Virus record (IMG/VR): IMGVR_UViG_3300026097_001066
Span: 1-57,470 of that record
DNA from: a virus
Taxonomy: Duplodnaviria > Caudoviricetes
Direction: 5' to 3' (one strand)
Length of the DNA: 57,470 nt
Shown: piece by piece, positions 47,001-56,100 of the stretch
Layout: every line of letters begins with the position of its first letter
Position numbering within the stretch: position 1 is the first letter of the stretch
The notes under the pieces: model-generated
What the model was told of the DNA's origin: nothing
The model's input: the letters and a program-made list of their open reading frames with translations, nothing else
Databases searched by the model: none
Program-made: the position numbers and the translations under genes

Positions 47001-50000
47001 ACTGACTTTTCCTTTGCACTGTTCTATATCATCTATTTTTTCTGTGGTCTCAAATATAATTTTGTTCAACACCACATCTTTGACTTTATAAAAACTGCCA
47101 ATTGCTGCTGTGGTTTGAGTAATAATTGGATAGGTACTGTCCTCTACAGTAATTTCGGTGGTTATTAAATCATAGACTCCTAAAATTTCTCCTACTTCTA
47201 TGTCTCGAGGAGTAGTATCTAAAACAATTGTAAACTCGGTCTCACCGCCAATTACACTTTCTATCAACCAATCAGTGTCTGTGTGTTTATAAACATTCCA
47301 AGATACCCCTTCGTTACCTACCCAGATATAATCATTGTTTTTGCAATCAGAAAAATCGATGTCTAATATTGCATTGTAGTCAGATGCAATGTGCTGGACA
47401 TCTTCTGGATTAACATATCCACTGTTTTTAGTGTACCCGTCATTTATATACACTGTTGGAAACGGAGTGTGGTCATAGTTTTCTGTTTTTTGATAAACTT
47501 CAAAAGGTCTTATTCTATAAATTAAGTCTGTTTCTTCGCCTGTTGTTGTTTGCACTAGCTCAACAGGTTGAGGAGCCAATCTAAACTTTTCTTCATCTAA
47601 CAGAAACTCTATTTCTTCAAAGCCATCTGACACTCCATATTGTCCAGATTTAATAGCCCACTCTTCATAAAACTCTAAACTATCCTTTTCAGTATTACCC
47701 AACACATCGAAAAGTTTGGTTAAAGAATTTTTAGTTCCTTTGTCTTGTATAAATCCTTGGTAGAACTTATATTGGCTTACATCATCATTAATAATATTTG
47801 CTAGATAGTTTCTATTTTGATATCCGATCAAATGTTGTGCAAATCGTTGTTGCTCTATGTCAAAATTATCACTGTCTAGATCGTAAAAATCTGCAAATTG
47901 ATTTACTTTGTAATCAAAATTAGTTAACAGACCTGCTTCTGGTCGTTGTGGTAGTCTGTTCCATTCCTTACTGTCAAAAGATTCTTTGCCTGATATTTTT
48001 GTATCTGCGGCGTAATAAAATTCTTTGTATTTTACAAGATCTCCGATTGCATAATCTTTCCAAGATTCCCATTCAGATACAGGTGCTTCGTCAAAGATAA
48101 ATCCAGGAATGTTTAAACTTCCGTCCCAGTCTGCTGTTCTATAACCTAGTGCCCTAATGCGTTCTTGCCTATATCCCGGTTCTAAATCATAGATGATATC
48201 ACCAAATACTGTGCGATTATCTAATAGTATAACATGTTCTTTTTGTACTAAAGGAAGTTTAATCGAGTATATTCCATCTGCTGTATTTTTAGGTTTTAAG
48301 GTAAACTGGTTGGGATTTTGCCTACTTAAACTTGAAAATTCTTCAACTAATTTTTTGCCGTCAGCTTTGTATAAAGTATATCCATAGAAGCTATCAAACA
48401 CATTATCAACTGTGGAATATTCAGATATTAATTTAACTTGTTTTGCACCAGGACTTACACTTAAAACTGATCCGGCAGCCCAATTCTGTGTTGTCCAAAA
48501 CATAAATTCCTTGGCAGATTTTTTCCAATCGTTGACCGTTTCATCTTCCTCGTCAAAATAATCAAATACAAACCCCACTGTTTCGAGGTGTCTCTCATAT
48601 CCTAATAAAAAATCTACAACATCTTGAATTGTTTTGAATAAAGTGCCATATGGAATTTCTGAGACATTTTTTTCAAAAAACTTTCTTCTAAACAAAGCAG
48701 AGCGTCCGCCAATCAATGGCAGAGTCGGTAACTTGGAAAATTTTTCGATGTCAAATGCAGGAGAACTTGTATGCTGTTCTATGGTTCTATAATACGACCC
48801 TTCGTATTCCACATTTTGTCCAACTGTATAGGTTTTATTACTATCCCAGGTTACAAAAGGTTCAGATATACCGCCTACTGTAATAACCGGATCGTTGTCT
48901 AATGCAATAGCTCGATAAAATTTAAAAACAGGTTGTTCTTGATCGTAACCTCTTACAACAAACCCACCTGGTTGTTTTTCTATAATAACTCCACTGTAAT
49001 TTAAAGTATTCACCGGAGTACTAGTATTCAAGAAAATTTTATAATTCTCTTCCGGAATAAAAACATTGCCTTGATTTAATGGAGTACGACTGTCTAAAAT
49101 TAAATTAAATTTACTTTTGTCTGTAAACCCTCCAAGTTTAAATCCTATTTGATTGCGGACTTGTTTTATCTTATCTTGATAATTTTCAAAAGGTGTTGTT
49201 ATATTAGCGGCCATGTATCCGGCAATATAGTTTACAAGTCCGCTGGTGAATCTTTGTTCGGTTTCATTTTCTGTGTTTGGAAAAACTAGATCCTCTAATC
49301 TAATATGCGTACTAGTAGGTGAATAAATTAGTTCGCCTGCTATATTTCTAACTTGACGGAATCTATCAAATCCGACACCGAATAATTTACTCGGCTGAGT
49401 TAACGCCCAAGCAGTTATTAGTGCAAACGGATATTCTGAACTTCTTCTCCATGCTGTTTCTACGGGAGCTTGGTCTCCAAATTCGAAACTATTGTCAATG
49501 TTAGTAGTAATATAATTTTTAGCATAACCGGACGATGCAGGACTTAATAAATTGCCTTGATCGTCCACTGGAAGATGTCCAGTAAGTCCTGGTCGTTGAT
49601 ATTTTTTATCAACGGTAAATCTTTGATCTTGTTGTCTAATTACTCCTTTTTCTAAATCCTCCCACAATAATAAATTATTGCTGGTGTAAGGAGCAGGACC
49701 GTATTCATTTTCCCACCATGTTGGTTTAATTGTAAACCCGAGCATTTCCCAAGGATGAGTATGCGGACGATCTGTGTCGTATGCATGCTTGTACACAGCT
49801 CTCCAAAATCCAGGCAAACTATTTTCCTGCGAATCTGTCATGGAACTATAATTCCAAGTGAAAGAGTTAGATCTTTCAAAAGAATTATTTTCTGCATAAT
49901 CATCGTCAATTAGTTGAGTCCATTGAATAAAATCAGCTAGGAATGCGTTATTGATTTCTTTGGCATCAAAGCCGCCTGTTCTGTGCTCACCGTTTTTAAA

Positions 50001-53000
50001 TTCGTAAATGTCAACATAATTTACATCATACTCAATCTTAATGTTGTTGTAAATTCTACGCTCTAATTCTAATAATAATTCGTCGCGGAAATCATTGAAT
50101 GCTAGACTTATACTACCGTCGTGTCCTTGGATTACATTTGCAGTTTCAATATATGTGTCATCACTATACATTGTAGGTTCGAACTTTGGATACAATCCTA
50201 GTTTAGTAGGAGTCGGAGGAACATAACTACCATTTGTAGTTTCATATTCGTATACATCTACGATGTCTCCTACCTGCTTTGTTTTTGTTAAAACAATAAA
50301 TCCTTCATCGTTGAATGTGTAATCTTTATCATGTATCAACTGTGTTCCATTGAGATACACTTGCACAGCTTTTCTACTAGGTGTGTTGAGATTAAATACT
50401 TCGCTTAAACCAAAAAAGTTTTGACTGTCGGCATCTTCTATTTCAATTGTGGTTCTTTTTGCTGCACCTAAAGGTACCATATCTGAAAAATAAAACGGCA
50501 TTGACTGTGTTTTGTCTTTTACAATTTTTTGTAAGATTCTATCTACATGTTCTTTGATTGGACCGTCATATCCTAATTCGTCGGCTGTTTGTAAAAATAG
50601 TCTTTTAAATTTACCGTACTCTCTGCGAGCATACCTCAACGATTTTATAATATTTGCTTCTTTGTCCACTGTATGGTATAATGCTAAATTTAGAGGAGAA
50701 CTGTGTTTAATAAACTTCTTGCCGTATACACTGAGTGGACCTGCATCTCTTAAATTACTAACGCCCGGAAACGCTCCGCTAAAACTATCTAATTCTTCTA
50801 CAATGCTAGAAACATGATCATTTACTTCACCGAGAGTAAATTCTGATAGATCATTGTTCAATGGATTTTTTTCAAGATTACTGGCTATTTCATAATACCC
50901 ATTATTGTTTTTAGGTGCGGTGCTTTTTGTCTTTATAACAATTACATCACCGATGGTTAAATCGTTATTAAATACCACAGTTAAATTGTTGTTTGGCGTT
51001 GTTTGTATTACAAAGTCAGTGTTTTCAAATTTAAGTTCATTGTTAACATAAACTTTTATCCACAGGTCATCTATATTGCCACTGTTATCATAAACATCTA
51101 TATCAAACGAATTAAAAGAATTATCAAATACATATTGTCTAATAACAGGCTGACTGCTTAAATTTTCTGCCTTAATCCAAGCACTTTCTTTTTTAAAAGT
51201 ATTAATATCAGAATAAGATCTAACAAATCCTATGTTAGTCCCGCGGGTAAATAATTCATTTTCAATTTGATAGTTGAAAGTATCTTGTAACAAGTCAAAA
51301 GAAAAAGTTATATCACCAACATTTTCAATGGTTCTATAACTCAAAGGAATGCCTAACTCCGAGTCTATAGGACCTGTGCTTTGTTTATAACTAAAAATTC
51401 TAGTCCCTGTGAAAGTCGTTGCATCATAAACATCAGAGTCCTGATAACTTGATCCGTTTTCGTCAAAGACATCAAACAATGGTGGCTGATTTACACTTGT
51501 TTTTGATTGTGATGCGGCCCAATTACTTCCGTTATAATAAAGGATGGTACCGCCATAGGTGTTACCTTGTTTTACTAACACAGTTTCGTTTTCGTTAGGT
51601 TGTGTATCAGTAACATCTACTAGAGTAATTTGTCTATTATTAAACGATCCGCTTGCAAAGGTTATAAATTGTACTTCAAATATTCTATTTTTTACTAAGA
51701 TATCAGTATCAGCTGTGAAAAGAATTCTCATTCCTTCGGTAATGTTAACACCATCAATATTATAGCCTGCTGAACCTTCGATTGTAGAAAAAATATCAAC
51801 AGTAAAGTCGTCTACTAGATCAACATCATTTTTTGCAAAAGTACCAAAGTTAGCTAGTTTTAATCCAGCATTAAATTCAATGATTGGTCTTTTTGCTCGT
51901 TGACTTTGATCAACATTTATTGTTTGGTTATTTGCTCTTGCACTTTCTTCTATAACTGATCTATGAAACCATCTATTATATCTACTCCATAAATTTCCAT
52001 CTTTTGAAGCCCGGTTTACGATAAAATAATCTTTGGCTGATGGAAATCCTATAGCCTCATCAAACGGTGCCCTGTCAAAGCCTTCTGTGTCAAATTCAAT
52101 TGGCAGTGTGCTGGCAAACACGCTTGCAACATTCAATGAACTTTCGTTGATTAATTGTATGCTATCACCAACACCCTCAACATACCACTCATTGTCTTGA
52201 TAAATCGACGGCGTAACTTCACCTTGAAACTTGAGTTTCATTCCGTTAGATAAAGTAATGCCGTTGCTTGATGTATAAGTTTTTTTACCTATAATTTCTG
52301 ATTCAACATCTATAAAACTTGCTTCTTCAATGTTAGCTACTTTTATCAAGCCAGATGCATTGATGTCGTTCTCTGCTACATAATAGATATTGTCAGGAGC
52401 TTCGGATGTTAATTGAATTTCTACAACACCGTCTTCTACTGATTGCAGTGATATTCCTTCATTAAGAAGAAATTCTTCATTTAAATTTCTTTTAGTTTTA
52501 AAAGTAATAGGCAATCCGGGAGTGTCTATTTCAAACCTATACTTTACGCCTCTGTACAGTTTTAATGTAGGATTTTGTGTTAATCCATCTGGACTAAACA
52601 CATAGGCATAATTGTCGAGATTATCTGATAACTTTACTGTATATGTGCTGACAATTTCAGTGTTTTGACCTACAATGTTTATTGTTTGAGGGCCGTTTGG
52701 TAACCAGTAATATTCACGAAAGTTTACAAATTTATCCCAATTGATGTGGGGATTCCAGGCATAATATTCTTGTTCATTTAATCGACTATGATCATCGGTA
52801 TTGCCGTTAAAGTTTTTTATTTGATTAATATAATCATTGTAGTCTTTGTAAAACTCGACATTTCCTAGTTCGTCTGTGATAACAGCCGCAGGTTCTAATT
52901 GATAATTTTCTCTGCTAGAACTTACATCCTTGAGATAACTGTCATTTTGTTGATATGCTTTGGCAACTTCTCTACCAATATAAGAATTAATTTTTTCAGC

Positions 53001-53153
53001 AACACCTGGTTGCATTAATTGATCAAGAGTGCTAGATAAGAATTTACTGTTTACCTGTGTTCTAAAATATTTTGGTAGGTGTCTTTCAGAACGACGCCTT
53101 TCTTCGCCGTCTGCTGGTAAAGGAAATTCATTTTGATCGTTATCATATGCCAT
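38004..53153 (-). CDS. giant (5049 aa) baseplate wedge-like structural protein (gp7-like position) with beta-propeller, CBM-like and Ig-like repeats
   Basis: Uninterrupted 15.1-kb ORF after gp6; FG-GAP-like blades (LAVGAP...GKVYIY, LVVGSP, IAIGLP...GQVHIY); GSGY repeats; FxGDGST repeats. Confidence 0.8.
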   Translation of the reverse strand: MAYDNDQNEFPLPADGEERRRSERHLPKYFRTQVNSKFLSSTLDQLMQPGVAEKINSYIGREVAKAYQQNDSYLKDVSSSRENYQLEPAAVITDELGNVEFYKDYNDYINQIKNFNGNTDDHSRLNEQEYYAWNPHINWDKFVNFREYYWLPNGPQTINIVGQNTEIVSTYTVKLSDNLDNYAYVFSPDGLTQNPTLKLYRGVKYRFEIDTPGLPITFKTKRNLNEEFLLNEGISLQSVEDGVVEIQLTSEAPDNIYYVAENDINASGLIKVANIEEASFIDVESEIIGKKTYTSSNGITLSNGMKLKFQGEVTPSIYQDNEWYVEGVGDSIQLINESSLNVASVFASTLPIEFDTEGFDRAPFDEAIGFPSAKDYFIVNRASKDGNLWSRYNRWFHRSVIEESARANNQTINVDQSQRAKRPIIEFNAGLKLANFGTFAKNDVDLVDDFTVDIFSTIEGSAGYNIDGVNITEGMRILFTADTDILVKNRIFEVQFITFASGSFNNRQITLVDVTDTQPNENETVLVKQGNTYGGTILYYNGSNWAASQSKTSVNQPPLFDVFDENGSSYQDSDVYDATTFTGTRIFSYKQSTGPIDSELGIPLSYRTIENVGDITFSFDLLQDTFNYQIENELFTRGTNIGFVRSYSDINTFKKESAWIKAENLSSQPVIRQYVFDNSFNSFDIDVYDNSGNIDDLWIKVYVNNELKFENTDFVIQTTPNNNLTVVFNNDLTIGDVIVIKTKSTAPKNNNGYYEIASNLEKNPLNNDLSEFTLGEVNDHVSSIVEELDSFSGAFPGVSNLRDAGPLSVYGKKFIKHSSPLNLALYHTVDKEANIIKSLRYARREYGKFKRLFLQTADELGYDGPIKEHVDRILQKIVKDKTQSMPFYFSDMVPLGAAKRTTIEIEDADSQNFFGLSEVFNLNTPSRKAVQVYLNGTQLIHDKDYTFNDEGFIVLTKTKQVGDIVDVYEYETTNGSYVPPTPTKLGLYPKFEPTMYSDDTYIETANVIQGHDGSISLAFNDFRDELLLELERRIYNNIKIEYDVNYVDIYEFKNGEHRTGGFDAKEINNAFLADFIQWTQLIDDDYAENNSFERSNSFTWNYSSMTDSQENSLPGFWRAVYKHAYDTDRPHTHPWEMLGFTIKPTWWENEYGPAPYTSNNLLLWEDLEKGVIRQQDQRFTVDKKYQRPGLTGHLPVDDQGNLLSPASSGYAKNYITTNIDNSFEFGDQAPVETAWRRSSEYPFALITAWALTQPSKLFGVGFDRFRQVRNIAGELIYSPTSTHIRLEDLVFPNTENETEQRFTSGLVNYIAGYMAANITTPFENYQDKIKQVRNQIGFKLGGFTDKSKFNLILDSRTPLNQGNVFIPEENYKIFLNTSTPVNTLNYSGVIIEKQPGGFVVRGYDQEQPVFKFYRAIALDNDPVITVGGISEPFVTWDSNKTYTVGQNVEYEGSYYRTIEQHTSSPAFDIEKFSKLPTLPLIGGRSALFRRKFFEKNVSEIPYGTLFKTIQDVVDFLLGYERHLETVGFVFDYFDEEDETVNDWKKSAKEFMFWTTQNWAAGSVLSVSPGAKQVKLISEYSTVDNVFDSFYGYTLYKADGKKLVEEFSSLSRQNPNQFTLKPKNTADGIYSIKLPLVQKEHVILLDNRTVFGDIIYDLEPGYRQERIRALGYRTADWDGSLNIPGFIFDEAPVSEWESWKDYAIGDLVKYKEFYYAADTKISGKESFDSKEWNRLPQRPEAGLLTNFDYKVNQFADFYDLDSDNFDIEQQRFAQHLIGYQNRNYLANIINDDVSQYKFYQGFIQDKGTKNSLTKLFDVLGNTEKDSLEFYEEWAIKSGQYGVSDGFEEIEFLLDEEKFRLAPQPVELVQTTTGEETDLIYRIRPFEVYQKTENYDHTPFPTVYINDGYTKNSGYVNPEDVQHIASDYNAILDIDFSDCKNNDYIWVGNEGVSWNVYKHTDTDWLIESVIGGETEFTIVLDTTPRDIEVGEILGVYDLITTEITVEDSTYPIITQTTAAIGSFYKVKDVVLNKIIFETTEKIDDIEQCKGKVSRFTSARSSNLLNANQFAQQGVNANDIIWVDDDDTRQWTVLKNNQGFDLLETVANHEGDSTDQEYAYALATNSANTVLAVGAPNHEDGKVYIYFRGSNSSNWKLTQTLEPSGVADASQRYGHSIAMSPDGQYLVVGSPDASNVKTNFKGNYATQTDYLTGDIVKYQEVLWQAVTDVQGAESNIVFGSFAGVAQSIENLDIDRFQSQKVNTILTGNYPFENQTTDHLIIRAPRDMYEGSAIGDQIKLKWNLLTFANQDQTVIQERQPFDNEISGIDQTFLTDSHEIRFKIDAILFVDASTNVPSVGSRVEVENAFGTVEYTYLEGARLTIYLKDVNGQFPQADSLFTSEGDFVGEYERVAPAETIDTSNEYGGFWAINTPDYDVVSATEDEGRGLVYVDFIPNGQPDTNRFYYNILDFDTTAISSENTLNSYVKVLSYQSPGGGEGGSTDPFLSDLFVVRAPKELTDTLNVITPGDQGNDQIDLYMPLLQRYYIDLSQPLENNVEYFVIVNGVRVDDPFFGTTLQTNPNAETATIIGDGQQTRIYFDDLGIEFEPTDLLQIQRSQTLVNVVSTNIFGTVLQDINLSYSTFNRRHTVYDLWDGYINLDFTVLNTATGEPYEPRIGDTVEDVTTGAQATVAYYQRNSLNATIFVKDVTGDWSLGNQYGDNAEIKYLGTPGDPDPAYRNDQVMGQTQFIGLGFDNAGIGKLIILSNGANISVPDQDIIVDNEYWLYREEDVLGIPRTASIPGQDNNDWQRAFNIPATVLGTASGLSNEGLYSVYIAEGSGRFSLVNDYSVAEKQNNFKLGSKIKLTKFNSLYRLFVQATGDRDITGNDEDFTSWGRIYFVNQGVDNFGNTWTWDFARDKNFAGQFNTSVSYIENDVVFHNGELYSATTNITPGSFNNNDWQLIPDEERTEYVGYIPNDTDLILGEDSSTVLSATEDLLAFAIDFDVSENGEVLVVSNNNRTSAPNQVLIYRSYNGNYLKSQTIEAPDNLVGFGDVISISSDGTIIAIGLPFEDSKKLDQGQVHIYEQINGTFVQTQILNSPNNESAEIFGQYLNFDNNTLIVTGKNADSSETTTFDTNTTIFDNGFTTYKNYDNDSGVIYVYERINNTLVYAQTLSYTDSAVDYFGRNILIKNNHVYVGLPRFISQAGKQGSLVDYRRNEDVSLWETLREPKFTVNLEKIKRVILYNTKENELLQYLDYIDPIQGKVAGPAEQEISFKTYLDPATYTQGTSSVNVDNTNSWGEESVGRVWWDLTNAKFLNPYQGNIIFSANNWNTLFDSNTIDIYEWVESDVLPSQWDEIADTEEGITQGVSGKSRYGNAVYVQKQVYDSIAQSFTNKYYFWVKDKTTVPDVEWRNISVNNVAKLITDPASQGYRFINFISDNSFVLHNCDNLIKNKDVALSIQYWTIENQENNIHNQYQILTEGLESSFPSTDIERKWFDSLIGYDEQFRIVPDPNISTKQKYGILNRPRQSWFVNRFEALKQVIERVNGVLKENLIIDDKDITPLLESDPPPSTLTNLYDTTVDTVADLDFVGVARADRAVLTPVIEDGKITRVIIDNAGRGYLTPPTVTISGQGSDAVIQTSIDSLGKISGVTIINQGFNYNSNTVLSVRRFTALVINDETIQGKWALYERNSDTREWLRTESQAYDVTLFWDYVDWYANGVSEFTNIDYLIDESYELQSLDDDIGDIVKISNIGTGGWLLLEKIDEQDTPDYTVNYRTIGRQNGTVQFKDTLFDNSLSLVGFDSISYDTKFFDSQPTIETRIILNALKNNLLIDELAIEYNALFFASLRYVFAEQGYVDWAFKTSFVKAKHNVGELREDITFNNDNLPSYEEYLNEVKPYKTKLREYLSSYEKLDNTQSMVTDFDLAPAYNETFKQILPQTVRVVDNNIIGTNADLETYPNRHWLDNVAYEVTSIEIADGGSGYTFPPVIALEGGGGSGAEAQAILGNNGSITSVVVTNTGSGYISAPTATIEGTQTESGIPAQLSVIIGNGLVRSMHTAIKFDRISGTFQVTKLAETETFVGSGSKYIYQLVWPMDLRNTTIEVTVNGNLALSSEYTYYNVKDTSKGYDRYFGTIEFTTPPTANANIVVNYRKSINLLSAQDRINLFYDPSTGQYGKDLGQLMDGIDYGGVEVKSFEFSGISGWDTDDWYNGIWDTYDTTFDDEIFELDGSTLALDLAQPLANGVTYNIYKNNVRIDDPLFGTGNETNPNALLPSFIGDGQIQTINLGDYDIPANSGDVFVVRKIDSDGSFLPSPDSYDTIIQGGNLAYSTATGLNAEHINIDGDGFVTPMTSKGPEEVIPGQVLDTVDIQVYEQPIQGGGLITLRNYIGDGSTKTYNLGTEPLTEESLFVKIDYSIQPPSNYTVDYEAQTVTFDTPPSDNSRINILIIGISGNRVLDIDSFTGDGSTNDFLTNVRWRENLNYIATVNGEILPSILVESDDSFEVPENVVIRFAQPPAEDAKVNFALFEGETQNYSTVVIDEFEADGSTTAFELSRSLFESTPGNFYTIVKVNDQILNAGYNEIFEISSIREYQLKLYQIPTGTINAGEVEVYLNDEKLTFLQDWSFEGAGAFDPQQSLDTQAGSTIILKDDIGTTGDKLRVFVISNGEYRFGYFEDSTSDDYDAFVSTPGTLYLDDPYNIGDTITVYQFSNDKSQGIDRQNYDVIERTPLTLQSNDYYELRQLRTGLIPLRSKALDTQYVWVVKNGNLLNPSVDYNVTENRRYVKLVNGLEENDVIETIHFANVRLKNKFGWRQFKDMLNRTAYHRIDNSSSNILIRELNWYDRTIVLNDADNLPTPTNRLPGVVFINGERIEYFVKDGNELKQLRRGTLGTGVPLVHLTGTAVQNQSRDTVMPYKDETATTIFDGDETTNTFELDFTPSGVHEFEVFVAGRRLRKNAISAYQFEYTSNGEVISSIAQDSPEGDVILPAEFAVENNTLTLLEPPGVNQKVIIVRKIGKLWTDPGTPLSNADTDIGRFLRAKTVDLPR

Positions 53154-53166
53154 TAAGTGTCACCTT

Positions 53167-56100
53167 TTATGAACTTTGTATGCCTGTGTTAGATGTAGTG
53201 CTAGTAGTTACTACTACTCCAGATGCTTTAAGTCTGGTAGCTGTTACTGCATCAATTATTTCGACATCGTCTACGGTAGCTCCGCTTATAAAAATTTCAT
53301 CTGATTCAGATTTAATTTCGAACAAGCTACCAAAACTCTGTGATTCTTGTACTGGAACAATTACAAATGTAACCAGGTCTGGTGATAATTCATTCATAAC
53401 ATAACTGCTTAGTTCGCTGAAATAAAACTTGTCTCCGAAATCCCAATTTTCTAAAGCAAAAAATTCATTAACTGACGCAATAACTCGAGATTTCACATCA
53501 TTGTCATTAAGAACTAGATCAGGATTTTTTACAATCTTAAATGTTGCCTGCAAATCTGTTTCAGCCTTTGTACCAAATAATATTTTATACTTAACAGGAT
53601 GATAGATTATTTCATCGCTTAGTGATTTAATTTGATTTAATTGCGAGCCGTAACTTGTAAACAAATTATCACTGCTAGGCGGCAACGGACGATTTGCTAC
53701 AGTACCGTCTAACCATTGTCTAAATTGAATGTCATAGGCCTTTGTGAGTATATACATATCAATAAGATTACTTGCACTTGGGTCAATTCGTGAGTTGGAG
53801 TCGGCTGCGTGAATATACTGGAATTTTAAATCATCTCTGCCTAATCTAGCCCGATAATTATTAACTGTTGAAAATGTACCAGTTGTTTTATCTAGAGTTT
53901 GAAATATATCTTCTTGTGCAAAATAAAAAAGCTGTCCATCTTGTTCTTGACTGATTATAATTTGACTGTTTTTATTTTCTTTTACCTTGACATTCAAATC
54001 TGCATTACTGATATATCTAAAATCGTCAACTCCGTCTGCTGTAGTAACTTTTTCTAGAAAAATATATTTTGTTAAAGTAAGAAATTCTTCATTTACGATG
54101 TCTTCAAATAACTGCGGATTATCTACTACACCGTCATCGTCTTCGTCAAAAAAGCTGATTTGTATTTTTTTACTGTCTACATATCCCTCAGCATCTCGAT
54201 ATTCTTCTATAATTTCCCAGTCAAAATCTACAGTAAATGGAACAATATCATTCGGCTGTGTGTTTATATTTAAAATTTTAATTTTATCTTTAACAATTTT
54301 TCCTGTAAGATTATTATAAATTTTATCACTACCGTCATAGTAGAACCGTATTTCTTCATCACTTTCAAAAACATATCTCATTCCACGAAATGTAATTGTA
54401 TAAGTTTCGCCGTCCGTTTCGAATAATAGCAGCCAACTGGCATCTAGTTGCTGGTTAGTTGTATCACCTGTTTTACCAGTTGAAAACTCATCTGCTACAT
54501 TAAGATTATTCTCAGTGACTAATCTCCAGGCTTGTTGTCCTTGTGCATATCTAAGTCCAAATGTTTTGTAAGCAAATATTTGATCAATTACCTGTGTTGC
54601 TACATCATCCTCTAGAGAATTCGGTAAACTGGTGCGTATTTCAGTTAATAGTGCAGTGCTAGGTATAGCATCATTGAGTGCTACTGGCCCCGACCCATTG
54701 TCTTGTGTTACGGTTCCGGCTCCGTCTACACTTAATACTTTAACCCATTTATAAGACACTGATCCTTTTACATTTTCAGTGGTTAGCTCTCCGGTTGGTG
54801 TAAAATAATATCCTTGCGGAGGAACAAATTTTAAAAGAGTTCCAGGAACAACTAAACTTAGTATACTTCCTGTAAAACTTCCTAGTTCTGCAATAATACC
54901 GTCACGGTTTTGCAGATACCCAGTGCTTAAATTTGTGTCTGAACTAAGTTGTGTCCAAGAAACTTGTAGATCGCCTACTAATACTTTAGGAAAACTGTTA
55001 TAATAATAATTCCTAATTTTTTTATCGTTCAATATCGGCTGTATAGTGTTAACAATCACTCCTTCTACATCAGTTCTAGTATTAAATGTAAAAGTAGTTT
55101 TAGGAGTTAAAAATTCTTTATACAATACACCGTCAGTGCCAAATAAATTAGTTTTTGAATATTTTCCTGTAGCATCAATTAAATCAAAATATCTAGAAAT
55201 ACCGCTGGCAGTTCTGTTTACACTTTTTACTTTGACAATTTCTTGACTAACATTCAAAGGTGCAACCTGATAATCTTCGGCAGTTACCATTCTGTTTTGT
55301 GTGTAATAAGTCGACGGTGCATTGCGCTTAATACTTGCATTTGTTTCTGAGGTTGAACTGTTGTCTATGGTGTACTTCAGTTCAAATGTCATTGTTAGAT
55401 CTTCTACTTTACCAGTTCTAGTAATATAAGGAATAGTAATCGATATACCACTCATATCGTCAGGAGTAACAATTACTCGTTCTTTACGACTTGTTCTATA
55501 GTAAACACGAAATGTTCCTTTGGGTAGATTACCAAATGTGCCATCTGAAAAAATCAATGAAATTCTGTCTTCTGCTCGTGTCAACACTGAATATATGTTT
55601 CTAATTGATTTAGATAAACTGTTGTAGATTATATTGTTGCCTTCAACTGCATCTACTCTGGTCCACTGTTCTTCTTCATTACCGAAGCTGTCTAATTTAT
55701 ACAACCAAATATCACTGTTGTTTACATTTGTTGCATCAACAGCAATCACTTGATTGGTACTAGGATTGGTTACAGTAAACACTCCTTGATCTAGGCTGCC
55801 TTGTCTAAAATGACAAAAAAATCCTGAGTTAGAGCTTGCAGGTCCGCGGCCGTCATCTCTATATAACAAAGCAAAGTTATTGCCCGGAAATGGTGATTCT
55901 TCTTGTATAATGCTGTCTACTATATCTGTCGATGTAATTTCAAATCTAGTGCTGCGTCCGTCAACTGTTTTAGAAAAACTATATACAGGTACTTCTGAAT
56001 TATTAGAACTTAAACGGTATTGTTCTGTAGGAACTCCATTTACTGTATCTCTTTTGGCAGGTTTACCAAATGTTCCGTTTACAGGCAAGGCTGTATTTAG

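Noticed and set aside
49290-49305. Additional copy of the 16-bp palindrome (TAATATGCGTACTAGT)
   Set aside because: Only 11/16 match and inside a coding region; likely chance.
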